Assembly: GCF_001194135.2 (NCBI RefSeq)
Contig: NC_069005.1
Span: 6,628,664-6,692,623 of the forward strand
Length of the DNA: 63,960 bases
Reading direction: 5' to 3'
From: Octopus bimaculoides
Lineage: Eukaryota
Part shown: positions 10,197 through 22,796 of the stretch, piece by piece
Position numbering within the stretch: the first letter of the stretch is position 1
Layout: every line of letters starts with the position of its first letter
Position numbers and translations under genes: made by a program
Notes under the pieces: generated by a model
Seen by the model: the letters and a program-made list of their open reading frames with translations, nothing else
Told to the model about the DNA's origin: nothing
Database searches by the model: none

Positions 10197-13100
10197 TAAA
10201 TTTATATATAAGTTAGGGTTGTTTAAACATTCAAGCGATAGGCTAGAAGTGTTTAAGCAACCAGGGGCTAATTAAATCCGAAGGCACTCCTGGAGATTAC
10301 TTGTGTGGGTACTGTCTTTGTTAGGAGGTATCCAGAGGCAGGTAATTTATATATATAATAATAATAATAATATTAGGGATAAAAATATATATATATATAT
10401 ACACATACACATACACACACAAATACACATGCATAAATACATGGATATATATGTCTGATTTTTTTTTTTTTTCTCTTTCTCTAAAAGCTATTTTGAAAAC
10501 ATGAACCGGATCTGCTCATCAACATATATTCCAAACTCCACAGATGTGTTACGCGCCCGAGTACGTACGACTGGCGTTTTAGAAACCTGCTTTAGAATCA
10601 ACTATGTGATATTTCGGTGAGTTCCCAGCACTTATTTCCTTTGTCTTCTCCCGCATTCCTTCTTCTACGATATTCTTCTGTGTTTTTATTCAAAGGTCCT
10701 TTCAGGGTCAATTAAATAAGTATCAGTTTCACACTGGGGTCGATGTAATCGACTTAATCCCTTTGTCTGTCCTCGTTTGTCCCCTCTATGTTTAGCTCCC
10801 TTGTGGGCATTAAAGAAATAAATGTTGTTGGCACTCCGTCGCTTACGACGTCGAGGGTTCCAGTTGATCTGATCAACGGAACAGCCTGCTCGTGAAATTA
10901 ACGTGCAAGTGGCTGAGCACTCCACAGACACGTGTACCGTTAACGTAGTTCTCAGGGATATTCAGCGTGACACAGTGTGACAAGGCTGACCCTTTGAATT
11001 ACAGGCACAACAGATACAGGAAGTAAGAGTGAGAGAAAGTTGTGATGAAGGAGTACAGCAGGGTTCGCCACCATCCCTTGCCGGAGCCTCGTGGAGCTTT
11101 AGGTGCTTTTGCTCAATAAACACTCACATCGCCCGGTCTGGGAATCGAAACCGCGATCCTATGACCGCATGTCCACTGCCCTAACCACTGGGCCATTGCG
11201 CCTCCACAAAGAAATAAATATTGTGTAAAGAAAAAGAAATCCACATTCATTTCTAACGATGAAGTAATTAATTAATCTGGATAATGCTAATTGTAATTGC
11301 TTCTTTGTTTGATAATTTTCATCTCTTTTCTGTTTTGCAGAATGTTTGATGTTGGTGGTCAGCGGTCAGAACGGAGAAAATGGATCCAGTGTTTTGATGA
11401 TGTGCGAGGAGTTTTGTTTGTGGTGGCCCTTAGTTCGTATGACATGTGCCTGTATGAAGATCATACCGTGGTGAGTATTATATTACCCCCACCTCTCTCT
11501 CTCTCTCTTTCTTTTTCTTTTTCTTTCTTTCTCTCTCTCTCTCTCTGTTTCTGTCTGTGTCTCTCTCACTACTTTTCTCTCTGCTTTTGTCTGTCTCTTT
11601 CTCTCTCTGCTTTTGTCTGTGTCTCTCTCTCACTGCTTCTGTCTGTCTGTCTCTTTCTATCTGCCTCTCTCTCTGCTTCTTCTGTCTGTGCGTCTGTCTT
11701 TCTGTCTCTTTCCCTCCGTCTCTCATTCTCTCTCTCTCTTATTCTCTACTGAGAATGACTGTATCAATATCTGCCCTGCTTTCATTGATTGTTTTACGTG
11801 CTCAGGTACTCATAACAGATGCAGACACCCTCTCACCCCTCCCACCTCTGACCCTGAGAAACACAGAAGATGGGTCAGCTAGAGAGAGATAGGAGTGTAT
11901 CATTGTTTGGTCAGTACTATATCTATTGACCCGTAAAATGGTGAAAGATCTTTCCTGTGTCATATAGACACTCATAGGGCCTGTCACTCGGCTTCTGTAA
12001 CATATATACATATATACACACCTACACACGCATAAGGATGGGATGCTGGTGCATCTCAGAAATACCCATTTTTGCCAGCTGAGTGGACTGGAGCAACAGA
12101 AAATAAAGTGTTTTGCTCAAGAACACAATGTGTTGCCTGGTCTAGGAATTGAAACCACGATCGTACAATCATGAGACCAACACCCTAACCACCAAGCCAC
12201 ACACACCTCCACTTAAAAGGCTGAAAGGTAATGTTGAAATTCATATGATTTGAACTTAGTGCACTCAGGACCAGATCAAATACCAGAAGATATTTTGTCC
12301 CACTCTTTTATAATTCTACCAATTTTGCTGTTTTATTCTGTTTCATAGAAATGTAAGTTTCCCGCTTTATTTTACATTCTGTGTCTTATTTCTACCAATT
12401 ATTTCTACCAGTTTGCCACCTTGTCTTCCGTTTCATATAAATGCAAGTTTCCCCGCTTTATTTTTCTTTCTGTGTCTAATTTCTACCAATTTCTACCAAT
12501 TATTTCTATCAATTTGCCACTTTGTCTTCCGTTTCAAATAAATTCAAGTTTCCCATTCTATTTTGCTTTCTTTTCATTCCATTTCAGAACCGATTGCAAG
12601 AAAGTCTAACACTTTTCAAAGGCATTTGTAATAACTCATTCTTCTATTTCTCCTGTATGGTAAGTCTTTTAGTTATTCACTAATCTCTTACATCATCATT
12701 TTATTCCATCCATCCATTTTCTCTGCTCGCTATTCCCATGAAGGTCATGATATGCTTGAGAACACCTGTTGAGTCAAGTAAAACCAATATCATAGCTTGG
12801 GCTGGTGCCCCCTCTCTGGCTCCCGTGCCGATGGCACGCAAAAGGCACCATCCAAATGTGGTCAGTGCCAGGTCTGCCTAACCGGCTCATGTTCTGGTGG
12901 CACATAAAAAGTACCCTCCAAACGTGATCGTTGCCAGGCTCACCTTACTGGCTCCTGTGCCAGTGGCGCATAAAAAGCACCCACTACACTCTCAGATTGG
13001 TTGGCATTAGGAAGGGCATCTAGTGGTAGAAACTCTGCCAAACCAGATTGGAGCCTGGTGCAGCCTTCTGGCTCTCCAGACCTCAGTCAAACCGTCCAAC

Positions 13101-13403
13101 CCATGCCAGCATGGAAAACGGACGTTAGTTGATGATGATGATGATGATGTATGTATGTATATGTGCACACATGCACACATATTCTGTTTATTCTTTCATT
13201 TGTTTCAGTCATTTTGACTGTGGCCATGCTGGAGCACCGCCTTTAGTCGAACAAATCAACCCCAGGACTTATTCTTTGTAAGCCTAGTACTTATTCTATC
13301 GGTCACTTTTGCTGAACCGCTAAGTTACAGAGACGTAAACACACCCAAATCGGTTGTCATGGGATAGGTGGGTGGGACAAACACAGACACACAAACATAT
13401 ACA

Positions 13404-13439
<36 letters not shown>

Positions 13440-14998
13440 CGACAGGCTTCTTTCAGTTTCCACCTACCAAATCCACTGACAAGGCTTTGGTCGGCCCAAG
13501 GCTATTGTAGACGATACTTGCCCAGGGTGCCACGCAGTGGGACTGAACCCAGCCACTCCTGTTTATATATGTGTATGCACATATAGTTGTGTGGAAGTGT
13601 ATAGTATTTGTTTGCTTTTTTTTAAACTTAGTTATAATTTTTAAAAATTTAATTTATTTTTATTTTAATTAATTCTTATTAATATTCTACTCGTTTATGT
13701 CTTTTTGACAGATACTCTTTCTCAACAAACTCGACTTATTCAAAGACAAAATTCTCCATTCTCATCGTCATCTACATATATTCTTTCCAGAATATAAAGG
13801 TAAGTCCCTTTTATATTCTAAGTAACAGCATTTTCGAGAACCTTTACTGTTTAGAACTAATAACAACCATCATCACTTCAACAACCTCTTTTCCGTGCTT
13901 GCATGGGTCAGACAATTTATTGAGGCAGATTTTCTGCAAATGGATGCAGAAAATAGACGGATGGCCATTATCACTGTGCTGGTGACATGTAAAAAGCACC
14001 ATCTCAACGTGGCCGATGCCAGTGCCACCAGACTGGCTCCTGTGCTGGCGGCACATAAAAAGCACCATTCAAGCATGACCAATGCCAATGCCACCTGACT
14101 GGCTCTCATGCTGGTGGCACGCAGTAAGCACCATTCACGCGTGGGTCCTTGCCAGTGCTGCCTGACTGGCTCCCCACGCTGGTAGAGCGTAAAAAGCACC
14201 ATCCAAATGTGGCCAATGCAAGTGCCGCCTGGCTGGTTCCCATGTCGGTGACACATAAAAAGCACCATTCAAGCATGACCGATGCCACTGCCACCTGACT
14301 GGCACCTGTGCTGGTGGCACGTAAAAATGCACCCACTACACTCTCGGAGTGGTTGGCATTAGGAAGGGCACCTAGCCATAGAAACCACGCCAGAGCCGAC
14401 ACTGTGGCTCCTGTCAAACTGTCCAACCCTGCAGGGAAAACAAACATTAAATCATGAGGAGGGTGTTCATGATTTCTATTTACGTTGCCTCCTCCTCCTC
14501 CTCCCTACGACTACTACCACCACCACCACCACTGCTACTACTACCATCACCACTGCTACTACCACCACCACTGCTACTACTACTACTACCACCACCATCA
14601 CGACTATTATCACCACCACTACTATTACCACCACCATCGCTACTACTATCACCACCACTACTACTACCACTATCACTACTACTCCCACCACCACTACTAC
14701 TGCTGCCACCACCACCACTACTACTACTACCACCACCATCACTACTACTATTACTACCACCACCACCACCACTACTACTACTACCACCATTACTACTTAC
14801 TTCACAGGTTCAATCCAAGACGTAGACGTAGCGGCCATGTACATCCAGAACCTATTTCAAATGCAGAATCGAAACCAGTACAAAGTCATCTACCCCCATT
14901 TCACCACGGCGACCGACACCAGCAACATTCAGGTCGTCTTCGAAGTCGTGATGGAATCCATTCTGAAGGAGAACCTCAAAGCAGCCGCTCTCCTTTGA
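7702..14998 (+). CDS. GNAV1: Heterotrimeric G-protein alpha subunit, class V (Gv); 8 coding exons found, first exon missing
   Basis: Exons 7702-7793, 9132-9224, 9496-9656, 10488-10616, 11341-11470, 12588-12659, 13712-13799, 14808-14998; all GT-AG with compatible phases (956 nt). G-boxes: [42 protein letters not shown]; C-terminus [43 protein letters not shown] and [15 protein letters not shown] match my recollection of Gv rather than Gi/o. G-alpha identity is very secure; the class V call is slightly less so. Confidence 0.88.
7942..8129. repeat. Near-perfect inverted repeat: 86-bp arms, 16-nt spacer
   Basis: Left arm 7942-8027 and right arm 8044-8129 differ at two positions (one C-A mismatch, one G-U wobble on the + strand). 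Confidence 0.9.
8053..8093 (+). ncRNA. Candidate minimal type I hammerhead ribozyme (mirror copy in the left hairpin arm)
   Basis: GUUA-CUGAAGA-G-AUUGCA-agag-UGCAAU-GAAA-UAAUC^UAAC. Four-bp stem I, six-bp stem II, AUC triplet; the C expected before GAAA is missing. Confidence 0.45.
8723..9032. repeat. ~310-bp element bounded by ~53-bp inverted repeats
   Basis: ACTTTGTAGTAAAGATTATTTGCCAACATAACATGGCAGTCCTGGTTTAGGAC (8723-8775) pairs with 8980-9032, with about 4 mismatches. Confidence 0.85.
8894..8938 (-). ncRNA. Candidate minimal type I hammerhead ribozyme
   Basis: Minus strand: UCUGUG-CUGAUGA-A-GGG-aaauaa-CCC-A-GAAA-UCGUGA-UA^CACAGA. Six-bp stem I, intact CUGAUGA and GAAA boxes, AUA cleavage triplet; one extra A before GAAA. 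Confidence 0.55.
10824..11207 (-). mobile_element. tRNA-derived SINE, family B (full length, with TSD)
   Basis: Reverse-complement copy of 4745-5127; TSD AAAGAAATAAAT at 10812-10823 and 11208-11219. Confidence 0.85.
13991..14340 (+). repeat. ~66-bp tandem repeat (5 units) within an RTE-3'UTR-derived element
   Basis: Units start AAAAGCACCAT and contain the hairpin GTGCCACC...GGTGGCAC. They run into the AAAAGCACCCACTACACTCTC tail that also follows the RTE ORF near 42925. Confidence 0.75.
14495..14800. repeat. Mixed (CAC)/(TAC) trinucleotide microsatellite, ~300 bp
   Basis: Read directly from the sequence; it abuts the acceptor of the last Gv exon. Confidence 0.95.
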
Positions 14999-15342
14999 AC
15001 CCTGGAAACCAATTCACCTGTAACCGATGTTCACACAAATGCTACGAACTCATACTGCTATTACCACTACTACTACTACTGCTGCTGCTGCTGATGTTGC
15101 TGTTTTTGCAGGGGTGGGTGGTGAAGGGGAGGTTGTTTTTAGTTGTTGATTTTTTACAAAAACAAACGTTTTTTTTTTTGTTTTTTTTTTTTAAATTTCA
15201 AGCCAGACAAATTAGAGGAAATATAGTGGGTTTTGCAGTTTAGATTACAAAACCCACCCCAACCCTTGTTGGTGCCATCTGATGTTGACTGAATGAAAGT
15301 AAAGTTGCGGAGTTTATGTGTGAGAAAGCTGAACTTTAGATG

Positions 15343-15373
<31 letters not shown>

Positions 15374-16920
15374 GCAGTGCTCCAGCATGGCCACAGCTCA
15401 TGAACTGAAACTAGACAAAATGAAAAAAAAATGAAATATATATATATATATATATATATGTATTAAAACACACACACACTCAAAAACAAAACATGCATGC
15501 CTGTAAATATGTATAGACATAACTATATATATATATATATATATACACTCAAACATATATATGTATATACACTCAAACATATATATGTATATATCTGTGT
15601 GTATGTATACGCACTCGCACACATATATAGTGTACAGTTCCATGATGGTAAGATCAACTAAAAAATGTACTCCATCTGGTGAGAGATAAACATTTTAGTC
15701 TGTTATGCCATGTGGGCAGTGTCTGATGATTTTTGCTAGGACACCAGACGTGTTAAAAACATTGTTTGGCATGTTCTCAGCACATGAAACTAGTAATGGC
15801 ACTTAAAACCATATACTGTGCTAATTAAATAATATATATATATGAAGGCCATTTGCTACCTGAAATGGTTGTAAACCAAAGCTATTTTTCACATATGAAA
15901 TTCAAGAGAAGACACAGCAAATTTGAGCTGGGATGTTACACTGAGTGGAAATTAGGCAGCAACTGGTGCTGTTCTGTTGAAACTCCCAGCTTGTCACCAT
16001 CCATTGTCACCAGCTTGCTTGTTCATTACTAGAGACACTATTCATCACCTGAGATGTTTAACGTTCGAAAACTTGTTTGTAACCTGATTTGTTCATGATG
16101 AGAGGCATTCATAAACCAAGCTTCAGTGGTCAGAGTGTTAGGCTCACAATCATGAGGTAGTGAGTTCAATTTCTGGACCAGGCTGTGTGTTATATTCCGT
16201 TCAGCTGCAGAAATGAGTTGCGACGTCACAGGTGCCAAACTGTATCGGCCTTTGCCTTTCCCTTGGATAACATCGGTGGCATGGAGAGGTGGGGGCTGGT
16301 ATGCATGGCCGACTGCTGGTCTTCCATAAACAGCCTTGCCCGGACTTGTGCATTAAAGGGTACCTTTCTAGGTGAAATCTCGTGGTCATTCATGACCGAA
16401 GGAGGGTCTTTATCCTTTGTATATGTGTGTGTGTATCATTACCATCATCATTTAATGTCTGTAATCTATACAACCATGGGTTGGACGATTGACCGGGATC
16501 TGGTGAGACAAGAAGATTGGATCAAGCCCAATGCAGCCCTCTGATTCACTGGATGCTGTCAAGCCATTCCAACCTGTGGGATACAGATATTAATGATGAT
16601 GATGATGATGATGATGATTTTATGTATATTGTATATATATTTGTACACTCATCTCTTTATATATATATATCTATATATGTATACATGAGTGTGTATGTGT
16701 GTGTGTGGATATATGTATGTATATATGTATGAATGTACACATGTACATATTTGGTAAAACTAACAAGGGGAGAAAAAAAAAAGTTGTGAATATATATGTT
16801 GATCGAAAGGGTTTTTTTTAATCCGATATATTATATATTGTTATTTATAGCTTTATCAGCTTCAGGATTCACCGTTCCTGAAATTAACAAAAATATATAT
16901 TTTTTATTTTAATCAGCAGA

Positions 16921-17005
<85 letters not shown>

Positions 17006-17006
17006 G

Positions 17007-17043
<37 letters not shown>

Positions 17044-17263
17044 GTATGTATATATATATATGTATATGTATGTATCTATGTATGTATATATACACATGTG
17101 TGTGTGTGTAAGTATGTATTTGTCAAGAATATGGCATTTACAACATAGCAGTGAGGAAGCCAAACAAAAGTCTGGCACTTGGGGCAGGTCCCGTCATCAC
17201 GAACATTTTTGTAATTAGTATTTTGCTAACAAAGACCATCAGTAATATTCAATATACATACAT

Positions 17264-17342
<79 letters not shown>

Positions 17343-19659
17343 CATACATACATACATATATATATACACACACACACACACATATATATATATAGGTGTA
17401 TATATATGTATGTACATACATTTTTATATATATTTATCTTTTATTTTAAGAAGGGTAAGATGGTCGCAATGTAACAGACTATGATACTATACCAAACATT
17501 TGTGTCCTAGCAACAACAACAACAACAAAACTAACAAACCGTGTTCAAATCCTCCCTGAGTCACCTTTTCAGATTAGCAGGTTTTGGAAAAATAAGCACC
17601 AGTGAGAGACTGGAATCGTGATTCACTTGATGCTATTAACCATGTGACTCTTATTGTGCCCCACCCCACTATATATATTTTTGGACCCCTAATGGGTGAA
17701 GTCAAATGTATCAGAAAGCCCCAGAAAAATCCATTGCCTTCAGTTTCAAGAATATTTATAATTACAGACATGGCTGTGTGGCACCTTGGACAAGTGTCTT
17801 CTGCTGTTACTCTTGGTCAACCAAAGCCTTGTGAGTGAATTTGGTAGTTGGAAACTGAAAGAAGCCTGTCATATGTGTGTATGTATGTGTATATGTATGT
17901 CTGTGTTGCCTTTGTGTTTGTCTGCCACCATTGCTTGACAAACGGTGTTGGTATGTTTGTGGCCCTGTAACTTAGTAGTTCAGCAAAGGACATGATAGAA
18001 TAAGTGTCAGGCTTTAAAAAAAAAAATTAAGTACTGTGGGTCGATTAGTTTGACTAAACCCTACAAGGTGGTGCCCCAGTATGGCCACAGTCCAATAACC
18101 GAAACAAGTCAAAGATAAGAAGATTGTATCTTACTTTATGCATATATAGTGTTGAAAGTTTCCTAAACTGCATCTGTTGTTAAAGCCAGGAGTTTACCTC
18201 TGGTAAGGTAATTCCTTTCTAAAGGGCTTGTACATACTCTCTGCTCTCTGATTTATAAATATTTTATACTAATATTTTGATAGGTAATTGACTGATTCAG
18301 TAGAGCAGATAACAAAATGCCCTCGTGCTTTTATAAATTAAGTTCTGAGGTTTACTTGTCATCTTTTCTAGGGTGTTTATAAAATATCAGTAAAATATGT
18401 ACAACTCCCTTCCTACAAATTTTACAGCCTTGTGTCTGTCTTTGTTACAAATAATTACCAACCTTTAGCACGCTGAAGGTGAATCATGTCATTGTGTGTG
18501 ATTTTCTCCCCTGTAGCTTCAGGTGCAGTGTATTGCAGTGAGAGGGGGAGAAAACTTGTATGGTGACAGGATTTGCCTTCAGCATGCTAAAAGTTACTGA
18601 ACTGGGAGAGGTCTGTCAATTGACTAAACACCTCCCTGGCCTGTAGCAGAAATCATTATTCATATACTGTGAGATGACAATCACTTGGCTACACACCTCC
18701 TCCTATGAAGGTGTGGCCTCTTGTATGAGGTGTGGTTTTATGCCTGCAGCGGATATGAGAGGGCGTTGCTATGGCAGAGCCATTAGAATGACAGGATCAC
18801 TACCTTGTAATGTTCAGAGAGGTTGCTTTATGTTCGTTTGAATCCCATCAAAATTGATTCTTCCTTTGTCCTTCTGAGTAGGGAGGGGGGAAATCAGTAA
18901 AATAAAATACCAGTCATCTAATAGGGCTGACATAATCGACTGTATTCCCCACCCCTTCCATCTTCTCTTTCCCGAAATGTGTGTATTATGTTAGAAATCA
19001 ATATTTTAACGAAGCAAGGAGAAGCAATCCGACAGAATCATTAGCAACGCTGGGCAAAATGCTAAGCAGTATTTCGTCCACCTTGACGTTCTGAGTTCAA
19101 ATTCTACCAAGGTCGATTTCGCTTTTCATCTTTTCAGGGTCGATAAAATAAGTACCAGTGAAACACTGGGGGGGTCAATGTAATCACCTCCCCACTTCCC
19201 CATAAAATTGCTGGCATTGTGCCAAAATTTGGAACCAAAATTTTAATGCATTAATGGTGAGATACTGGATGGAATTCTGCACAGAATTTACTCATGTTTC
19301 TAAGTCTTGGACTGAAATCTTACCTGGATCTATGCTAGAGGAAATTTTGTGATCCTTTCAAGAAGGTTCAAAATAAGGGGAACCAGTCAATTCAATTAAC
19401 CCCTTACACCTAACACACCCCACCCCCACTTCATACCTTCTCTACAAATTTGTGACCCTTGAGATCGATCTGATCTGTGTGGGTAACTTTTGTTTTGATA
19501 AAAACATTTAAAACGAGCAAACCATCAACTTTTCTCACAGTAATTACAGAGCAAACGAACTCTCCCCCATCCACTCACCTGTTAACGACACCGGAAAATA
19601 GGGGTTGGCACCTTCTATACTTGATAAAATACCTTCTGTATATTTCTGTTAGATCTCAT

Positions 19660-19888
19660 TGAACCCTTCAGCATTTAAATCAGTCATATCCAGCCCAAAT
19701 ATTCCCTCTGTTTTGTGTTCAAATTGGCCAGATCCAGTCTCTTACACCTTTCCTACAATGTCATTCTATGAGTAAACAATCAAATCATTGAAATCTCAAA
19801 GCTACAAGATAATGTGTGATTAATTCAAAACATTGTGAATAAATAAGAATTACATCTGACAGACTCATCTGAATGCAAAAAGGGTTAA
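19660..19888. mobile_element. ~230-bp MITE with TTAA/CCCT...AGGG/TTAA ends (piggyBac-like; representative copy)
   Basis: Terminal inverted repeats AACCCTT.AGCATT...AATGC.AAAGGGTTAA. Other copies at approximately 433-937 (interrupted by a SINE), 19885-20097, 34271-34480, 34950-35057, 41700-41890, 44480-44700. Confidence 0.65.
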
Positions 19889-22328
19889 ACCAGCCATAAC
19901 CAGCCCAAATATTCTACCTGTTTTACATTCAAACTGACCAGATCCAATCTCTTACACCTTTCCTGCAATGTCATTCTAAAAATAAACAATCATATCATTT
20001 AAATCTCAAATCTTACAAGGTAATACACGATTAATTCCTAACAATATGAATAAACAGGCATTACATTTGACAGTGTAATCTGAATGCCAAAGGGTCAAAC
20101 CCCTTCTAATGCCATGACAATTGTTATAAACACTGAAACTTATTGAAGCCCATGGCAACTTTGTTTTAACCCCTAAACTTTTTTAGGGTCATAGCAGTTG
20201 TTTTTTACTCCCTAACCCTGTAATATCCGTGACAAATTATTTAACCTTTTTAGCCACATGTCAGTTGCTTTAACGCTCAACCATTTCTAGGGCCATGACA
20301 AATTGTTTTAGCACCTAACTCTTTAGGGTCCATGACATTTCAAACTCAATATAAATATGAGAGACCTTTCACTTAATTCTTTAGCATTTAAACCAGCAAT
20401 ATCTGGTCTAAATATGTTTTATGTCCAAACTGGCCAGATCCAACCTCTTACACCTTTCCTACATTGTCATTCTACAAATAAACAATCACATCATCAAAAC
20501 CTCAAAGCAACACTTGTTTTATCGACCCCATGAGGATGAAAGACAGAGTCAACCATTGCAGGATTTGAACTCAAATGTAAAGATAGAAAAAAAAAAATGC
20601 TGCTAAGCATTTTGTCTTGCGTGCTAATGATTCTGCCAGGTCACCACCTGAATAATAATAATAATAATAAAAATAATAATAATAATAATATTGAGCGGGA
20701 TGGGCTACTCGACCTGAAGAAAATTCTAACTGGGCCCCACTTGCAAGGTCATGCACTGTTTATCTTGATAATGAGATCACCATGTTGCACACATATGGTT
20801 GTGATGCATGTGCCTGGTGTACCCTTATCAGACAGGTAGTCATGATGGGTATACTGGGCTTTGTATATTTGTACCCCAGTGTCACTTTGATGGCATGCAC
20901 TGCTCTCTCACTCAATAATAATAATAATAATGATGATGATCATGATTTCAAATTTTGATACAAGGCCAGCAATTTTGTGGGGAGGAGTTAGTTGATTGCA
21001 TCAACCCCAGCATGTAACTGGTACTAATTTTATTGACCCTGAAAAGATGAAAGGCAAAGTTGACCTCTATAGCATTTGAACCCAGAACATAAAGACATGA
21101 ATTGTTGATAAGCATTTTGCCTGGCATGCTAACAATTCTGCCAGCTCACTACCTTAATAATATAATAATAATGGTTTCAAATTTTGCCACAGGGGCAACC
21201 ACTTTGGGGGAGGGGGACTAGTCAATTACATCGACCCCAGTGTTCAACTGGTACTTATTTTATCGACCCCGAAAGGATGAAAGGCAAAGTTGACCTAGGC
21301 GGAATTTGAACTCAGAATGTAGCAATGGGGTAAATACCACTAAGCATTTCATCCAGCGCACTAACAATTCTACCTGCTCATCGCCTTAATAATAATAATA
21401 ATGCCACTGCCATACCCCATTCTCTGAAAAAAACAGAAAAACAAAACCGCTTTTAACCCCTTTTGTACAAAGTTAACCCCCGACCCACCAACAACAAAAA
21501 TCATCTGATAAATATTGTTCCTTGCATTGTTATCCTNNNNNNNNNNNNNNNNNNNNNNNNNNNNNNNNNNNNNNNNNNNNNNNNNNNNNNNNNNNNNNAT
21601 TTAATAAATTATTTTCTATATTCCGTGTTAACTTAGTTTTTCTTTTTTGTTAAATCTCCTTTAAATTACGTTTTTCATCTGAAAATATTTCCAAAATTTT
21701 TTTTTTTTTTTGTTGAAAAGGCTTCTCTCATTGTTTTTGAGTGTGTAGAGCAAAACTAAAAATTGGAAGGAGAAGTGAAAAAAAAAAATCAAAAATGAGG
21801 ATGATCGGGCTTCTTTCAGTTTCCGTCTACCAAATCCACTCACAAGGCTTTGGGGGCCCGAGGCTATAGTAGAAGACACTTGCCCAAGGTGCCACGCAGT
21901 GGGACTGAACCCAGAACCGTGTGGTTCATAAGCAAGCTACTTACCACACAGCCACTCCTACGCCTATGTGAAACGTTAGAGAAAGAAACCCAGTTATTTC
22001 TTCCAATACGTACATCTAAAGCAAAATTTTCTCAAGGACCCCTTAAAATACTATTGTGAATCTCCAATTTACTATTTCGTTGTACGGACCCAAATATCCT
22101 TAGATAAACCCTTTGGCGCCACATGGATCCCCGTTGACTAAACCATTCAAGATGGTGACCCAACGAGTAAAAGGCAGGGAAGATAAACAGAATAACGCCA
22201 ACAATTTTGATAAAGATATTTATATTTAATAAAAATTATAATTGCTAACAATTTTCTGAAAAGGAGAAAAAAAAAAAAAAGCACACACTTCTTTTGATGT
22301 CTGGTCTTCTAGAAAATTCCACTGCCGA

Positions 22329-22733
22329 CTATTCTTCGAGTCCATAGTCTCTTGCAACGTCTTTGGTAAACTTCTTGCCTTCATCGATATACGATTTGCT
22401 TACCGGAACGTAATACCAACCCATGTAATCCTGTTTGCTTGCCATCACCTCACGGACTTCCCTCTCCAGAAGCCTGGAACGAAGAAAGAAAGGAAAAAAA
22501 AATCATCAACATCAGACGTGGCTGTGTGGTAAGAAGCTTGCTTCCCAACCACATGGTTCCAGGTTCAATCTCACTGCATGGCACCTTGGGCAAGTGTCTT
22601 CTATTATAGCCTTGCGCTGACCAAAGTCTTGTGAGTGGATTTGGTAGGTGGGAACTGAAAAAAGACTGTCATATGTATATATATACACACACATATATGT
22701 ATATATATATATATGTGTGTGTGTGTGTATTAA

Positions 22734-22796
<63 letters not shown>

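Noticed and set aside
11297-11892. Ser/Leu-rich ORFs extending past Gv exon 6
   Set aside because: Read-through into a CT microsatellite beyond a good GTGAGT donor at 11471.
14454-15243. Long poly-His/Tyr, poly-Pro/Leu and poly-Val ORFs
   Set aside because: These are translations of the CAC/TAC microsatellite; the real coding part is the Gv last exon in another frame.
18480-18860. Non-repetitive, GC-balanced stretch as a hidden exon or gene between Gv and NDUFB5
   Set aside because: I found no sustained ORF or recognisable motif in the frames I read; it may be an old repeat.
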